From positions 1 to 24,740 of the IMG/VR virus record IMGVR_UViG_3300020200_000168: DNA of 24,740 nucleotides; one strand, 5' to 3'. The position numbers and the translations under genes were made by a program. Source of the stretch: a virus (lineage: Duplodnaviria > Caudoviricetes). The notes under the pieces are model-generated. The model was not told the DNA's origin, did no database searches, and saw only the letters and a program-made list of their open reading frames with translations. Positions 1 to 7,715 of this stretch are shown piece after piece (positions within the stretch are counted from its first letter, which is position 1; the number at the start of each line of letters is the position of its first letter).

Positions 1-63
1 CCGAAGTCGGGGATGGGGCGGGGGTGGCCGCAGGGGATGGGGTCTGGGAGATGGGAGATGGGG
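1..63. repeat. In-frame linker repeat, copy A (may extend beyond the window)
   Basis: 63/63 identical to 829-891; encodes PSPISQTPSPAATPAPSPTS on the minus strand. Confidence 0.95.
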
Positions 64-3000
64 CGGGGGCGGAGTCAACGGCGGCTTTGCCTGCTTGGGT
101 CGAAGCCACTTCCCCGACATACTTAGTGCCGGGAAGAATCTTGAAGGCTCCCTTCACCTCGTTGCCCACTTTGTCTTCGGCCTCAAACTCGGTGCGGGCC
201 TCGACGGTTGTGGTCAGGTTGTTGTTGTTTCTGTCCTGGTAGCGAACCTCCCAGAGCCGCAGGGGCTTGCCTTGGGCGGCTTGCATTTGCTCTACCCATT
301 GGCGGTCGTCCTTGCTCACGCCGGACTCAGAGTAGCCTTTGGGCGGCTTGGTAGAAGTCTCCAACCGCTTCGCCTTCTTGAGCAACTCGGCTAGGTTCTC
401 CTTGGTGTTCCAAACCGTGAACGTGCCGTCGCCGGGAATCTCAATGGTGACTTTGCGAAGGCCGGACTTCTCAACAGCGGCTTCCCAAGCCCTTCGGTTT
501 TGTTCAACGTGCTCGGCGTGCAACTTCCGGCCTCGCTCGCCACCATACATGGCATCCGAACCTCTCGGCACGTATGGCCCCTTTCCCAAGGCAGTAGCCT
601 GCTCGCGTGTCATTGGTTGCGCCTGCGCCACGGCCTTCTCCAGCTCGGCGATGAGTTTTGCCTTGGCGTCTTTTGCGTCTGCTCCGCCTTTGGCAGACTT
701 GGCGACGGGTTTGCTGATAAAGCGGAGGTTGTCCATGCCGCCTTGCATGGCGGGCGCGGCCTCCGCTGGCGGCGCAGGCTGCTCCCCCGGCTCTGCTGGG
801 CGAACCTCGGCGGGTTTGGTTTGGGGAGCCGAAGTCGGGGATGGGGCGGGGGTGGCCGCAGGGGATGGGGTCTGGGAGATGGGAGATGGGGTGGGAGCTT
901 TGGACACCAGCGCACCAGTCGAGTCCATCGTGCCAGCGGCAATCTCCCGCAAGTCTCTGACCGTGTGCTCGATGGTTTGATACACCGACTCGTCCCACCG
1001 TTTCCAGTTAATGTCCCGAGGGCGGCGGGCATTGTGCTGATTGATGGCTTCCTTGGATTTGGCCTTGGCAATCGCTTCCGCCTCTTCGAGTGACTTCCCA
1101 GCACGGAGCGCGTCGCGTAGGTCATACATCGCACCCTCACGCCAGCGGTAGTCAATGTTGCCGGAGCCGGCCGCAAGCCCGCGGCCGCCTTCCGTCTCCG
1201 AGGCAACGCCCGAAGCTCTCTGGGCCATTCGGGACAAGTAAAGTTCAGCGTCTTTGGAGAACGTGTAGGCGGCGGGAGCGGGTTGCGCTGGAGCCGCAGG
1301 GGATGGGGCGGGGGCGGCCGCAGAAGATGGGGTCTGGGAGATGGGAGATGGGGTGGGGGCGGCGGTTGGCGGCACGTAGAGGTCGCCTTCGCGGGTCCAG
1401 CCTGCGGGGAGCTTGATGCGGTAGGCGTCAACGGCTGCGGTGGAGACGGGCAATTCGTTAATCACCGCCTCTTCGATAGCGTTTCGATGCAGGGAAAGCT
1501 CCTGCCTTCCACTGACCAAACCTTGGGCCAAGGCATACCGCATTGCCGCGCCTCGTAGTTGTCTTTGTTCTGTCTCCGACTTGGTTCCAAAATCATTTAA
1601 CCACTCCTCCGGCGTCATCTGCTCCACCGGCTTTGGGGTCGGGGTGGGTGCGGGCGCGGGTTCGGGCGTGGTCCAGCGGTCGGAGGTTCTTGGCATCTCG
1701 CCGCCGAGGCCGTAGTCCAGTTCGGTCGGGGCGGGTTCGACGGCGGGCTGAACCGGAGTTTGCTTGGGCGTCTGTTGGCGAGTGGCGAGCCACCGCGTGT
1801 AATCTTCTTGCAGTTTCCTCTGTTCTGCCTCCGGTAGTTTTCGCGCTTGCTCGATCGTAATTCCGCGCTCAGCAAGAAATTCATTCTGAGTGGCTCTCGC
1901 TTCATCTATCGCCCTCAAAATATCGGCACCTAGACCGGTCCCGTGGCCGTTCACATCGCCCTCGGGCGCTGGCGCGGGTGCGGGGGTGAACTCCTCGACG
2001 GTCAGGTCGGTGACGGGGCCTTTGGTGGCGAGGATGGCGTTGATGGTGTCCAAGGGCGTGCCGGCGGGGAACTCGATCTCCGTGGGGCGACCCGAGGCGT
2101 CGGTGAAGCGGACGGTGCGGGCGGGCTCGGGAGGAGGGGTGAAGGTGGGAGCGTCTTGGGTCTGGGGTCTAGGGGCCGGGGTCGGGGGGATGGGTTCTTG
2201 GGTCGTGGTTGTTGGTTCTTGGGTCGGGGGGCGGTTGGCGAGGTCGCTCACGCCTTTAACGGCGGTCACGGGGCCGGCGACGAGGGCTCCGGCGAGGGCG
2301 GCTTCGGTGGCTTCCTCGATGGCTTGGGCCATGGTCATGTCGGGCCGGTAACTCATCCGCGCCACGGCCGCCTGGCCGACTTGGTCCCAGAACTCCTCGG
2401 CGCCTTCGTGCACGCTCTCGCGCGCGACCGACCGCGCCAACTGCTTGAACGTGCCCGTGCGGACCGCGTTCTGAAGCCCCTCGATGCCGGTCGCGCCAAA
2501 GCCGCGCGTGATCAGCCCGGTCACGACACCGCTCGCCAAGGCAGGGGCGAACGCCTTCACGCGGGCTTGCTCGCGGGTCAAGTTGGGCGCGGCCTTGAGA
2601 TAGGCTTGCTCGGCCTCGTCGGACGTGCTAACGAAACTCTGGGCCGCCGCGGCCAAGGCGCTTGCGGGCAAGCCGACCGGGGCGACGGCAAGGCTGGGCA
2701 GCATCGAAGTCGCGCCCGCGGCGACGGTCCGGGCGAGTTCGGGCCCTTGCACCTCGCGGCCGAGTTCCTCCCACTCTTGGGCCTTGGCCTGGGCGATGTC
2801 GGCCGCGCCTTGGAAATGGCGCGAGACGGCGCGGGCGGTGTCGGGCGCGAGCCTGGAGAGCAAGCCACTCGGAGTTAACACGTTGAAGGGGTAGTCCGGG
2901 TTGGTGCCGAGTTCGAGCAGGCGGTTGCCTTGCTGGCCGAGTTGCGCGAAGCCTTTGGCGAGTCCGATGCCGGATTGCGACCAGAAGCCGCCTTGCTGAA

Positions 3001-3265
3001 GCGGTTCGGGCGCGAGCGGCTCGGGCAGCTTGCTCGGGGGATACTGGCGGTCGAGCGCGGCGCCCTCGGCGCGGGCTTGGGCCACCTCGACGGCGAGGCG
3101 GTCGCGCGCGAGCGCCCGGGGGTCGGGTTGCGGCTCGGGCTCAGGCGCGGGCGCGGGCGCGGGCTGGCCGAACTTGCGCCGGAGCACGCCGAGGATGTCC
3201 TCGCGCGACATGGAATCGGGAAACTCCACGTCGCCGACACCCCGCACTTGCACGGTGATGGGCAT
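1..3265 (-). CDS. Giant internal virion/ejection protein (large polyvalent-type), truncated by window edge, >1088 aa
   Basis: Absent from the ORF track because it has no stop in the window. The ATG at 3265 overlaps the upstream TAA (TAATG). Manual translation gives MPITVQVRGVGDVEFPDSMSREDILGVLRRKF..., an Ala/Gly-rich helical region (...RESVHEGAEEFWDQVGQAAV...), then modules joined by Pro/Ser/Thr linkers, open to base 1. It is the third and largest gene after the GNAT, as in podovirus core modules. Confidence 0.8.
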   Translation of the reverse strand, partial: MPITVQVRGVGDVEFPDSMSREDILGVLRRKFGQPAPAPAPEPEPQPDPRALARDRLAVEVAQARAEGAALDRQYPPSKLPEPLAPEPLQQGGFWSQSGIGLAKGFAQLGQQGNRLLELGTNPDYPFNVLTPSGLLSRLAPDTARAVSRHFQGAADIAQAKAQEWEELGREVQGPELARTVAAGATSMLPSLAVAPVGLPASALAAAAQSFVSTSDEAEQAYLKAAPNLTREQARVKAFAPALASGVVTGLITRGFGATGIEGLQNAVRTGTFKQLARSVARESVHEGAEEFWDQVGQAAVARMSYRPDMTMAQAIEEATEAALAGALVAGPVTAVKGVSDLANRPPTQEPTTTTQEPIPPTPAPRPQTQDAPTFTPPPEPARTVRFTDASGRPTEIEFPAGTPLDTINAILATKGPVTDLTVEEFTPAPAPAPEGDVNGHGTGLGADILRAIDEARATQNEFLAERGITIEQARKLPEAEQRKLQEDYTRWLATRQQTPKQTPVQPAVEPAPTELDYGLGGEMPRTSDRWTTPEPAPAPTPTPKPVEQMTPEEWLNDFGTKSETEQRQLRGAAMRYALAQGLVSGRQELSLHRNAIEEAVINELPVSTAAVDAYRIKLPAGWTREGDLYVPPTAAPTPSPISQTPSSAAAPAPSPAAPAQPAPAAYTFSKDAELYLSRMAQRASGVASETEGGRGLAAGSGNIDYRWREGAMYDLRDALRAGKSLEEAEAIAKAKSKEAINQHNARRPRDINWKRWDESVYQTIEHTVRDLREIAAGTMDSTGALVSKAPTPSPISQTPSPAATPAPSPTSAPQTKPAEVRPAEPGEQPAPPAEAAPAMQGGMDNLRFISKPVAKSAKGGADAKDAKAKLIAELEKAVAQAQPMTREQATALGKGPYVPRGSDAMYGGERGRKLHAEHVEQNRRAWEAAVEKSGLRKVTIEIPGDGTFTVWNTKENLAELLKKAKRLETSTKPPKGYSESGVSKDDRQWVEQMQAAQGKPLRLWEVRYQDRNNNNLTTTVEARTEFEAEDKVGNEVKGAFKILPGTKYVGEVASTQAGKAAVDSAPAPSPISQTPSPAATPAPSPTS
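829..891. repeat. In-frame linker repeat, copy B
   Basis: Exact copy of 1-63; the offset of 828 nt equals 276 codons. Confidence 0.95.
1299..1360. repeat. In-frame linker repeat, copy C
   Basis: Matches 9-70 with 4 mismatches in 62 nt; the offset of 1290 nt equals 430 codons. Confidence 0.9.
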
Positions 3266-4212
3266 TAACGCACCTCTTCGAGATCGTTGGTCTGGGGGTT
3301 GAACCTGAACTTCTTGGCGCCCGTCTGAGCGGGGGCGGTCGGGGCCGGAGCGCGGAAGCTGTCGCGCTCCTTCTCGAGCTTCTTGCGATGAGCGCTTGCG
3401 GCGTCGAAGGCTTGGCGGAGCGAGTCGTCGGACGGACGGGCGCGATACTTGGCGAGGGCCTCGCTCTCGGCGGCGAGGGCCTTGTAGTAAGCGCTTTCGA
3501 GCGCGGCGGGCGGCTTGGGGGCGGGCTCGGTCTTGGGCTCGGGTTTCTTGATGTATTGCACGCCACCGCGGGATGTCCGCACTGTGAAGTAGCCTGGGAT
3601 CTCAGGGCCTTGGTCGGGGTCCGCACCTTGCTCCCAGCCGGCGGGGAGAATCTGCCTGCCGCGAACGACGAAGGCCGCGCCGGTGATTGGATGGGTGAAG
3701 GTGCCGGTGGTGAGGTCTCCATTGCTGTCGTCGAGCAACATGCGGCTCAGGTCGGCGGGGTTCACGCCTCGGGCGGCGTCGGGGTTGTCTTGCAAGGCGG
3801 CGGCGTAGGCTTCGAGCGGTTGCATGGAGCGGAGCGGGGCCGACCCGGTGCCGGGTTGATACCCTGCGGCGTAGCGGGCGAGGGATTGGGCGAAGCCGGG
3901 CATGGCGGCTTGGCTCGCGGCGATGCGAGCCTCGCGCTCGGATTCGAGCAGGTGACGGCTCATGTCGAGGTTCGCCCGGCGCTCGGCGTCTAGCCGGATG
4001 CTCTGGGCTTCCTTGCCGCGGACGAGGCCCTTGAGCGAGTCGAGGTTCAGGGGCGTGGAGACGTCCTTGGAGACGCCGTGGGCGACCTCGGCGTATTCCT
4101 GAAGGGCCTTGAACTCGCGTGCGCGGTCGCGCTCGGCTTCCTGCCGCTTGGCAATGGCGTCAAAGGCCGCGCTCAAGCCGCGCGGACCGCTGGTCGTGTC
4201 GTAGTCAGGCAT
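3265..4212 (-). CDS. Putative internal virion/ejection protein, 315 aa
   Basis: Helical Ala/Arg/Glu-rich ORF ending KKFRFNPQTNDLEEVR; lies between the pilot-like gene and the giant gene. Confidence 0.65.
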   Translation of the reverse strand: MPDYDTTSGPRGLSAAFDAIAKRQEAERDRAREFKALQEYAEVAHGVSKDVSTPLNLDSLKGLVRGKEAQSIRLDAERRANLDMSRHLLESEREARIAASQAAMPGFAQSLARYAAGYQPGTGSAPLRSMQPLEAYAAALQDNPDAARGVNPADLSRMLLDDSNGDLTTGTFTHPITGAAFVVRGRQILPAGWEQGADPDQGPEIPGYFTVRTSRGGVQYIKKPEPKTEPAPKPPAALESAYYKALAAESEALAKYRARPSDDSLRQAFDAASAHRKKLEKERDSFRAPAPTAPAQTGAKKFRFNPQTNDLEEVR

Positions 4213-4294
4213 GGTCGTGCGGGGCTGAAGGGTTCACGGCTGCTTAATACTCGAATTCACCGGCGAAGCTCGAGGGCGTGGGTCTGGTATCGGC

Positions 4295-5428
4295 TCATGG
4301 GAGTCCTCCGATGCCGCCGCCTTTGGGCGACGTGAACCACGACAGCCCATTGTCGAACGTGCCGCCGCGCCCTTGGTTGCCGAAGAGCGAGCCCCAGTCC
4401 ACGGTGGTCGCGCCTCTCATCAGCGATCCGAGATAACCCTGTTGCGTATTGTGGCCGGCGATGTTGGCCGCGTTCTGGGCCGAATACCCGGCAAGCCCGC
4501 TCTGGTAAGCCGCGGGGTTGACGCCGGGGCTGACCATCGAGGATTCCGGCAGGAGGTAACTCTGGGGCGGGGCGGTGCGTCCGCTGGACCGGCCGAGCAC
4601 CTGGATGAATGGGTCGCCATAGATGGCCGCGCGCTGGCTGGCCACGCTTGAGGCGAACTGCTGGCGCTCGCGCCGGCGACGTTCGGCCTCGGATCCAAGC
4701 TGCATGGCCTCGGTGAACACGTCGGTGGTGCCGTAACCCAGCCCGCGGTCGGCTTGCCCGGCGCGGACGGCTTGCTGCACCTCGCGCGTGAGCGACGGGC
4801 CGAGCGCATAGCCGAGGTCGAGGTCGCCCTGGGCATCGGCGGCAAGGCGGTCGAGGATGGCTGTGGAGGCGGGGTCGTAAGCGCGGAGCGCGGCGAAAGC
4901 CTGCGGGCCGAGCTCGCGCACGTCTTTAAGCGACTGGTCGCGGGCGACACGTTCGAGCGCCGAGATGCGGGGCTGGGCGCGCTCGGCGAGGTCGAGCAGA
5001 CCGGGCGCGGCGGCGACGTTCTCGGTGTAGGTTTCCTCGACGGGTTCGGTAACCAACTGGCGCTCGTAACGATACCGCAACGGGGTCCCAAAATGAATTT
5101 GGTCGACCTGCGATTGCGGATCCAAGACGGGCACGAACTTTTCGACCTGGCGCTGCACGGTGCGGGTGCGCTGCTGGGACGAGGCGGGGCGGCCGAAGAA
5201 GCGGTCCCAGTCGATGCGGGACCGCAGCGCGGCGATCTCGGGGTCGAACTGCTCGCGGAGCGAGACCTTTTGAGGCAGGAACTCGAGCTCGGCGGCCATG
5301 GCGTCGCGGGTCATGGCGCCGAAGTTGGGCGGCGCGGGCATGTCGGGGTTGAAGGCGCCGGCGGCCCCGGCGATGCCGACGCCTGCGGATGTGACAGCGG
5401 CGAGGGTGGCGATGGTTTCAAGGCCCAT
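4295..5428 (-). CDS. Putative DNA ejection/pilot protein, 377 aa
   Basis: N-terminus MGLETIATLAAVTSAGVGIAGAAG is hydrophobic and Gly/Ala-rich. It has a QADRGLGYGT motif and a Gly-rich C-terminus, and directly follows the GNAT gene. Confidence 0.7.
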   Translation of the reverse strand: MGLETIATLAAVTSAGVGIAGAAGAFNPDMPAPPNFGAMTRDAMAAELEFLPQKVSLREQFDPEIAALRSRIDWDRFFGRPASSQQRTRTVQRQVEKFVPVLDPQSQVDQIHFGTPLRYRYERQLVTEPVEETYTENVAAAPGLLDLAERAQPRISALERVARDQSLKDVRELGPQAFAALRAYDPASTAILDRLAADAQGDLDLGYALGPSLTREVQQAVRAGQADRGLGYGTTDVFTEAMQLGSEAERRRRERQQFASSVASQRAAIYGDPFIQVLGRSSGRTAPPQSYLLPESSMVSPGVNPAAYQSGLAGYSAQNAANIAGHNTQQGYLGSLMRGATTVDWGSLFGNQGRGGTFDNGLSWFTSPKGGGIGGLP

Positions 5429-5900
5429 AAGCGATTCCTTTCACAAAGCAGTTTTCAACCAGACGAAAGCCTTGGCGGCCAAGCAGCCGGGCGCTCGGAC
5501 ATTCTGGCGGGACACTGACGTGCAACGTCCGCGCGCCGAGATGAACCGCGGCTTTCTGCATTACGCCGAGCAATCGCAGTTGGATTTTGGCCCGTGTGGC
5601 GGGAGAAAGTTTGGGGTGGCTGTGCCAGACAATTTCCACGGCCTTGACATGGGACACGTCGGTGAGGCTGGCGACCAAGGCGACGGCGACAAGGCCGACC
5701 AGTTGGTTATTCTGCCACGCGCCCCAGGCGTAAAAGACATTCTGCGCGCTGGCCTGTTGCAACCGCGCCCGCACCGTGACGGGATTGAACGACTCGCCCC
5801 GGCGACCGAAGTCCATTTCGTCCCAGCACGCCTTGAGCAACGTCACCGCATTGTCCACGTCGGCCGGGGCCAGTGCTTTGATTTTGACGGTCGGGTTCAT
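5418..5900 (-). CDS. GNAT-family acetyltransferase-like protein (virion module), 160 aa
   Basis: The likely start is the ATG at 5900 (MNPTVKIKALAPADV..., ATGA overlap). GNAT-like pattern: QLVGLV, AVEIVWHSHP, AAVHLGARTLHV, RLLGRQGFRLVE. Confidence 0.75.
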   Translation of the reverse strand: MNPTVKIKALAPADVDNAVTLLKACWDEMDFGRRGESFNPVTVRARLQQASAQNVFYAWGAWQNNQLVGLVAVALVASLTDVSHVKAVEIVWHSHPKLSPATRAKIQLRLLGVMQKAAVHLGARTLHVSVPPECPSARLLGRQGFRLVENCFVKGIAYGP

Positions 5901-6049
5901 TCGATCAGCCTCGCCCGGCAGCCGCCGCAGACCCACTGGCCGAACGGGAGCAGCTTGCCGCAACCCATGCAGCTCTCCGTCGCCTCGGGGCGCGGTCTCG
6001 GGTCGGACCTGCGAATCACAGGCCGGCGCTTCTTGCGCGAGCGGTTCAT
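5897..6049 (-). CDS. Small zinc-ribbon protein, 50 aa (not in ORF track)
   Basis: MNRSRKKRRPVIRRSDPRPRPEATESCMGCGKLLPFGQWVCGGCRARLIE has two CxxC pairs; its stop overlaps the GNAT ATG. Confidence 0.6.
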   Translation of the reverse strand: MNRSRKKRRPVIRRSDPRPRPEATESCMGCGKLLPFGQWVCGGCRARLIE

Positions 6050-6146
6050 AGGGCATCGGGTTCAAAGGGTGTAAGTTCGGACCGTCATGCGGAAGGTGTT
6101 GGCGGTCGCGGTGGGCAGGAAGGAGATGGCTTTGGGGTCGCTCATA

Positions 6147-7706
6147 TTACCAGCCACGGTAGGCGTAGCAGCGGAGTTTCCAGTCAGCGGCAGCAATCAG
6201 GTCCAAGGCAGGTGTGGCATTCAAAACGTAGGGGGCATAAGTGCCAAACATATAGCGCAGCGTGCAGGTGGTGGCGTTGGAGGAAGCCTCCGAAAACACC
6301 CCATTGGCGTTGTGACTTTGGGGCAGCAGCACCTCATCATTCTGCGCGTAGCCGTCGCTGCCCGTTTGATTTACAAGCGTCCAGCGGAATATGTCAGGCT
6401 TGAGACCGAGCTTGTGGGTCTCACTCTTGGAGCTGTTGGCGAGGGTGAAGGACTGGTCGGCGCTGCTCTTGAACTGGCCCCGGAACATGTAGCTGGTTAT
6501 GCTGGTGATGGCACCGCCAGACACGACCGATTCACCCACGAAGACGCGCTGTTTAGTGGTTGCCGTCGCTCCGTCGCCAAGATACATTTGCATCTCATTG
6601 ATAAGGAACGTGTGTGCGCCGCTGGCAATGCTGGCCGCGTCGTCGTTTACGTAGGTGGGCCGGGTGGTGGTGTAGCCGTAGGTCAGGGCGGCGGTCGATG
6701 CATCGCGGTCAACAAACAGGTAATACGTATTGTCTGACGCAGGCAACGTCCACGCGCTGCTGGTGTTGGCGGTGTAACGGGCGATGTAGTCCACCGCACC
6801 ATTGGCATCATGCCCGGCGGCAAAGGCGACCACGAGCGGGCTGGTGGAGGTGGCCAACAAGCTGATGTTCTGACCGGAGTAGCTTAGAATGACTGGATGT
6901 CCATTGGTGTCCACCGGGCCGGTGAGCGCGGTCTGCCGCACGGACACGGTGGCGCGCGCGCTTGATGGGGTGACGGGGCTGAGAAGTTGAAAGTTGGTGC
7001 CGTCGAACGTCACGCAAACCCATTGACCGGCCTTGATGTCGCCGTTGTCGAGGGTGCCGTTGTAACTCTTGACAATGGTGGGAGGGCTGGCGAGGCCGGA
7101 GACTTGCAGCGTGGCCGCGCCCGTGTTGACGGTGTTGGCCTTGAAGATGACGGGCACGCCGGTCAGGTCCGCGTAGGCGCGGACGGCGGGCGTGGGCGTG
7201 ATGGCATAAGAGTCCGTGCTGCCGGAATCCGCGCCGAAGACCACGGCGCCATTGCCGGAAGGCTGGACCATCTGGAACTGTGTGCCGTCATAGCGCACCC
7301 AGACGAGCTGGCCGGTGCGGATGTCGCCGGCCGAGAGGGCGTTTGCGCCTTGCTTCGTGAGCGCCTTGGTGCCGGCGATGCCGGAGACGGCCACGGTCAC
7401 GGCGGCGGTGTTCGTGTTGGCGGCGACGTAGGCGAACTCTTGGCCGGCCACGAGGGAAGTGGGCAAGATGGTGGCGCTGGCGGCCGCGGCGAGGACATGG
7501 GCGTTGGCCGTGCCGGAGTCGGTGGCGTAGAACCACGGACCGTAAGCGCCCTTGACGGCGGTGACGGCCGAGTTGGTGATCTGCGAGGTGTCGGCGGTGC
7601 CCGAGAGCGCGAGCGTGGGCAGGCCGAGCGCGTTGAGCTTGGCGTTGGTGATCTCCTCAAGCCGCGTGAAGATCTTCCGGGCGGTGATGGTGATGCTAAG
7701 AGCCAT
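6147..7706 (-). CDS. Tail fibre / receptor-binding protein, 519 aa
   Basis: Thr/Ala/Ser-rich with two copies of a fibre module (DSG...AN..NT.A.T..VSG...GDI..GQ.V.V.(Y/F)DGT.FQ); follows the nozzle gene. Confidence 0.8.
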   Translation of the reverse strand: MALSITITARKIFTRLEEITNAKLNALGLPTLALSGTADTSQITNSAVTAVKGAYGPWFYATDSGTANAHVLAAAASATILPTSLVAGQEFAYVAANTNTAAVTVAVSGIAGTKALTKQGANALSAGDIRTGQLVWVRYDGTQFQMVQPSGNGAVVFGADSGSTDSYAITPTPAVRAYADLTGVPVIFKANTVNTGAATLQVSGLASPPTIVKSYNGTLDNGDIKAGQWVCVTFDGTNFQLLSPVTPSSARATVSVRQTALTGPVDTNGHPVILSYSGQNISLLATSTSPLVVAFAAGHDANGAVDYIARYTANTSSAWTLPASDNTYYLFVDRDASTAALTYGYTTTRPTYVNDDAASIASGAHTFLINEMQMYLGDGATATTKQRVFVGESVVSGGAITSITSYMFRGQFKSSADQSFTLANSSKSETHKLGLKPDIFRWTLVNQTGSDGYAQNDEVLLPQSHNANGVFSEASSNATTCTLRYMFGTYAPYVLNATPALDLIAAADWKLRCYAYRGW

Positions 7707-7715
7707 GGTGGTTGG

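Noticed and set aside
1-1360. Repeats as a CRISPR array
   Set aside because: The intervening segments are 400-765 nt, in frame and protein-coding, and no cas genes are present.
504-1905. Minus-strand ORFs 504-998, 610-1431, 1593-1793 and 1615-1905
   Set aside because: Alternative frames of the single giant ORF that starts at 3265.
4213-4298. 13-codon ORF MSRYQTHALELRR between the ejection genes
   Set aside because: Too short to support beyond the ATGA overlap.
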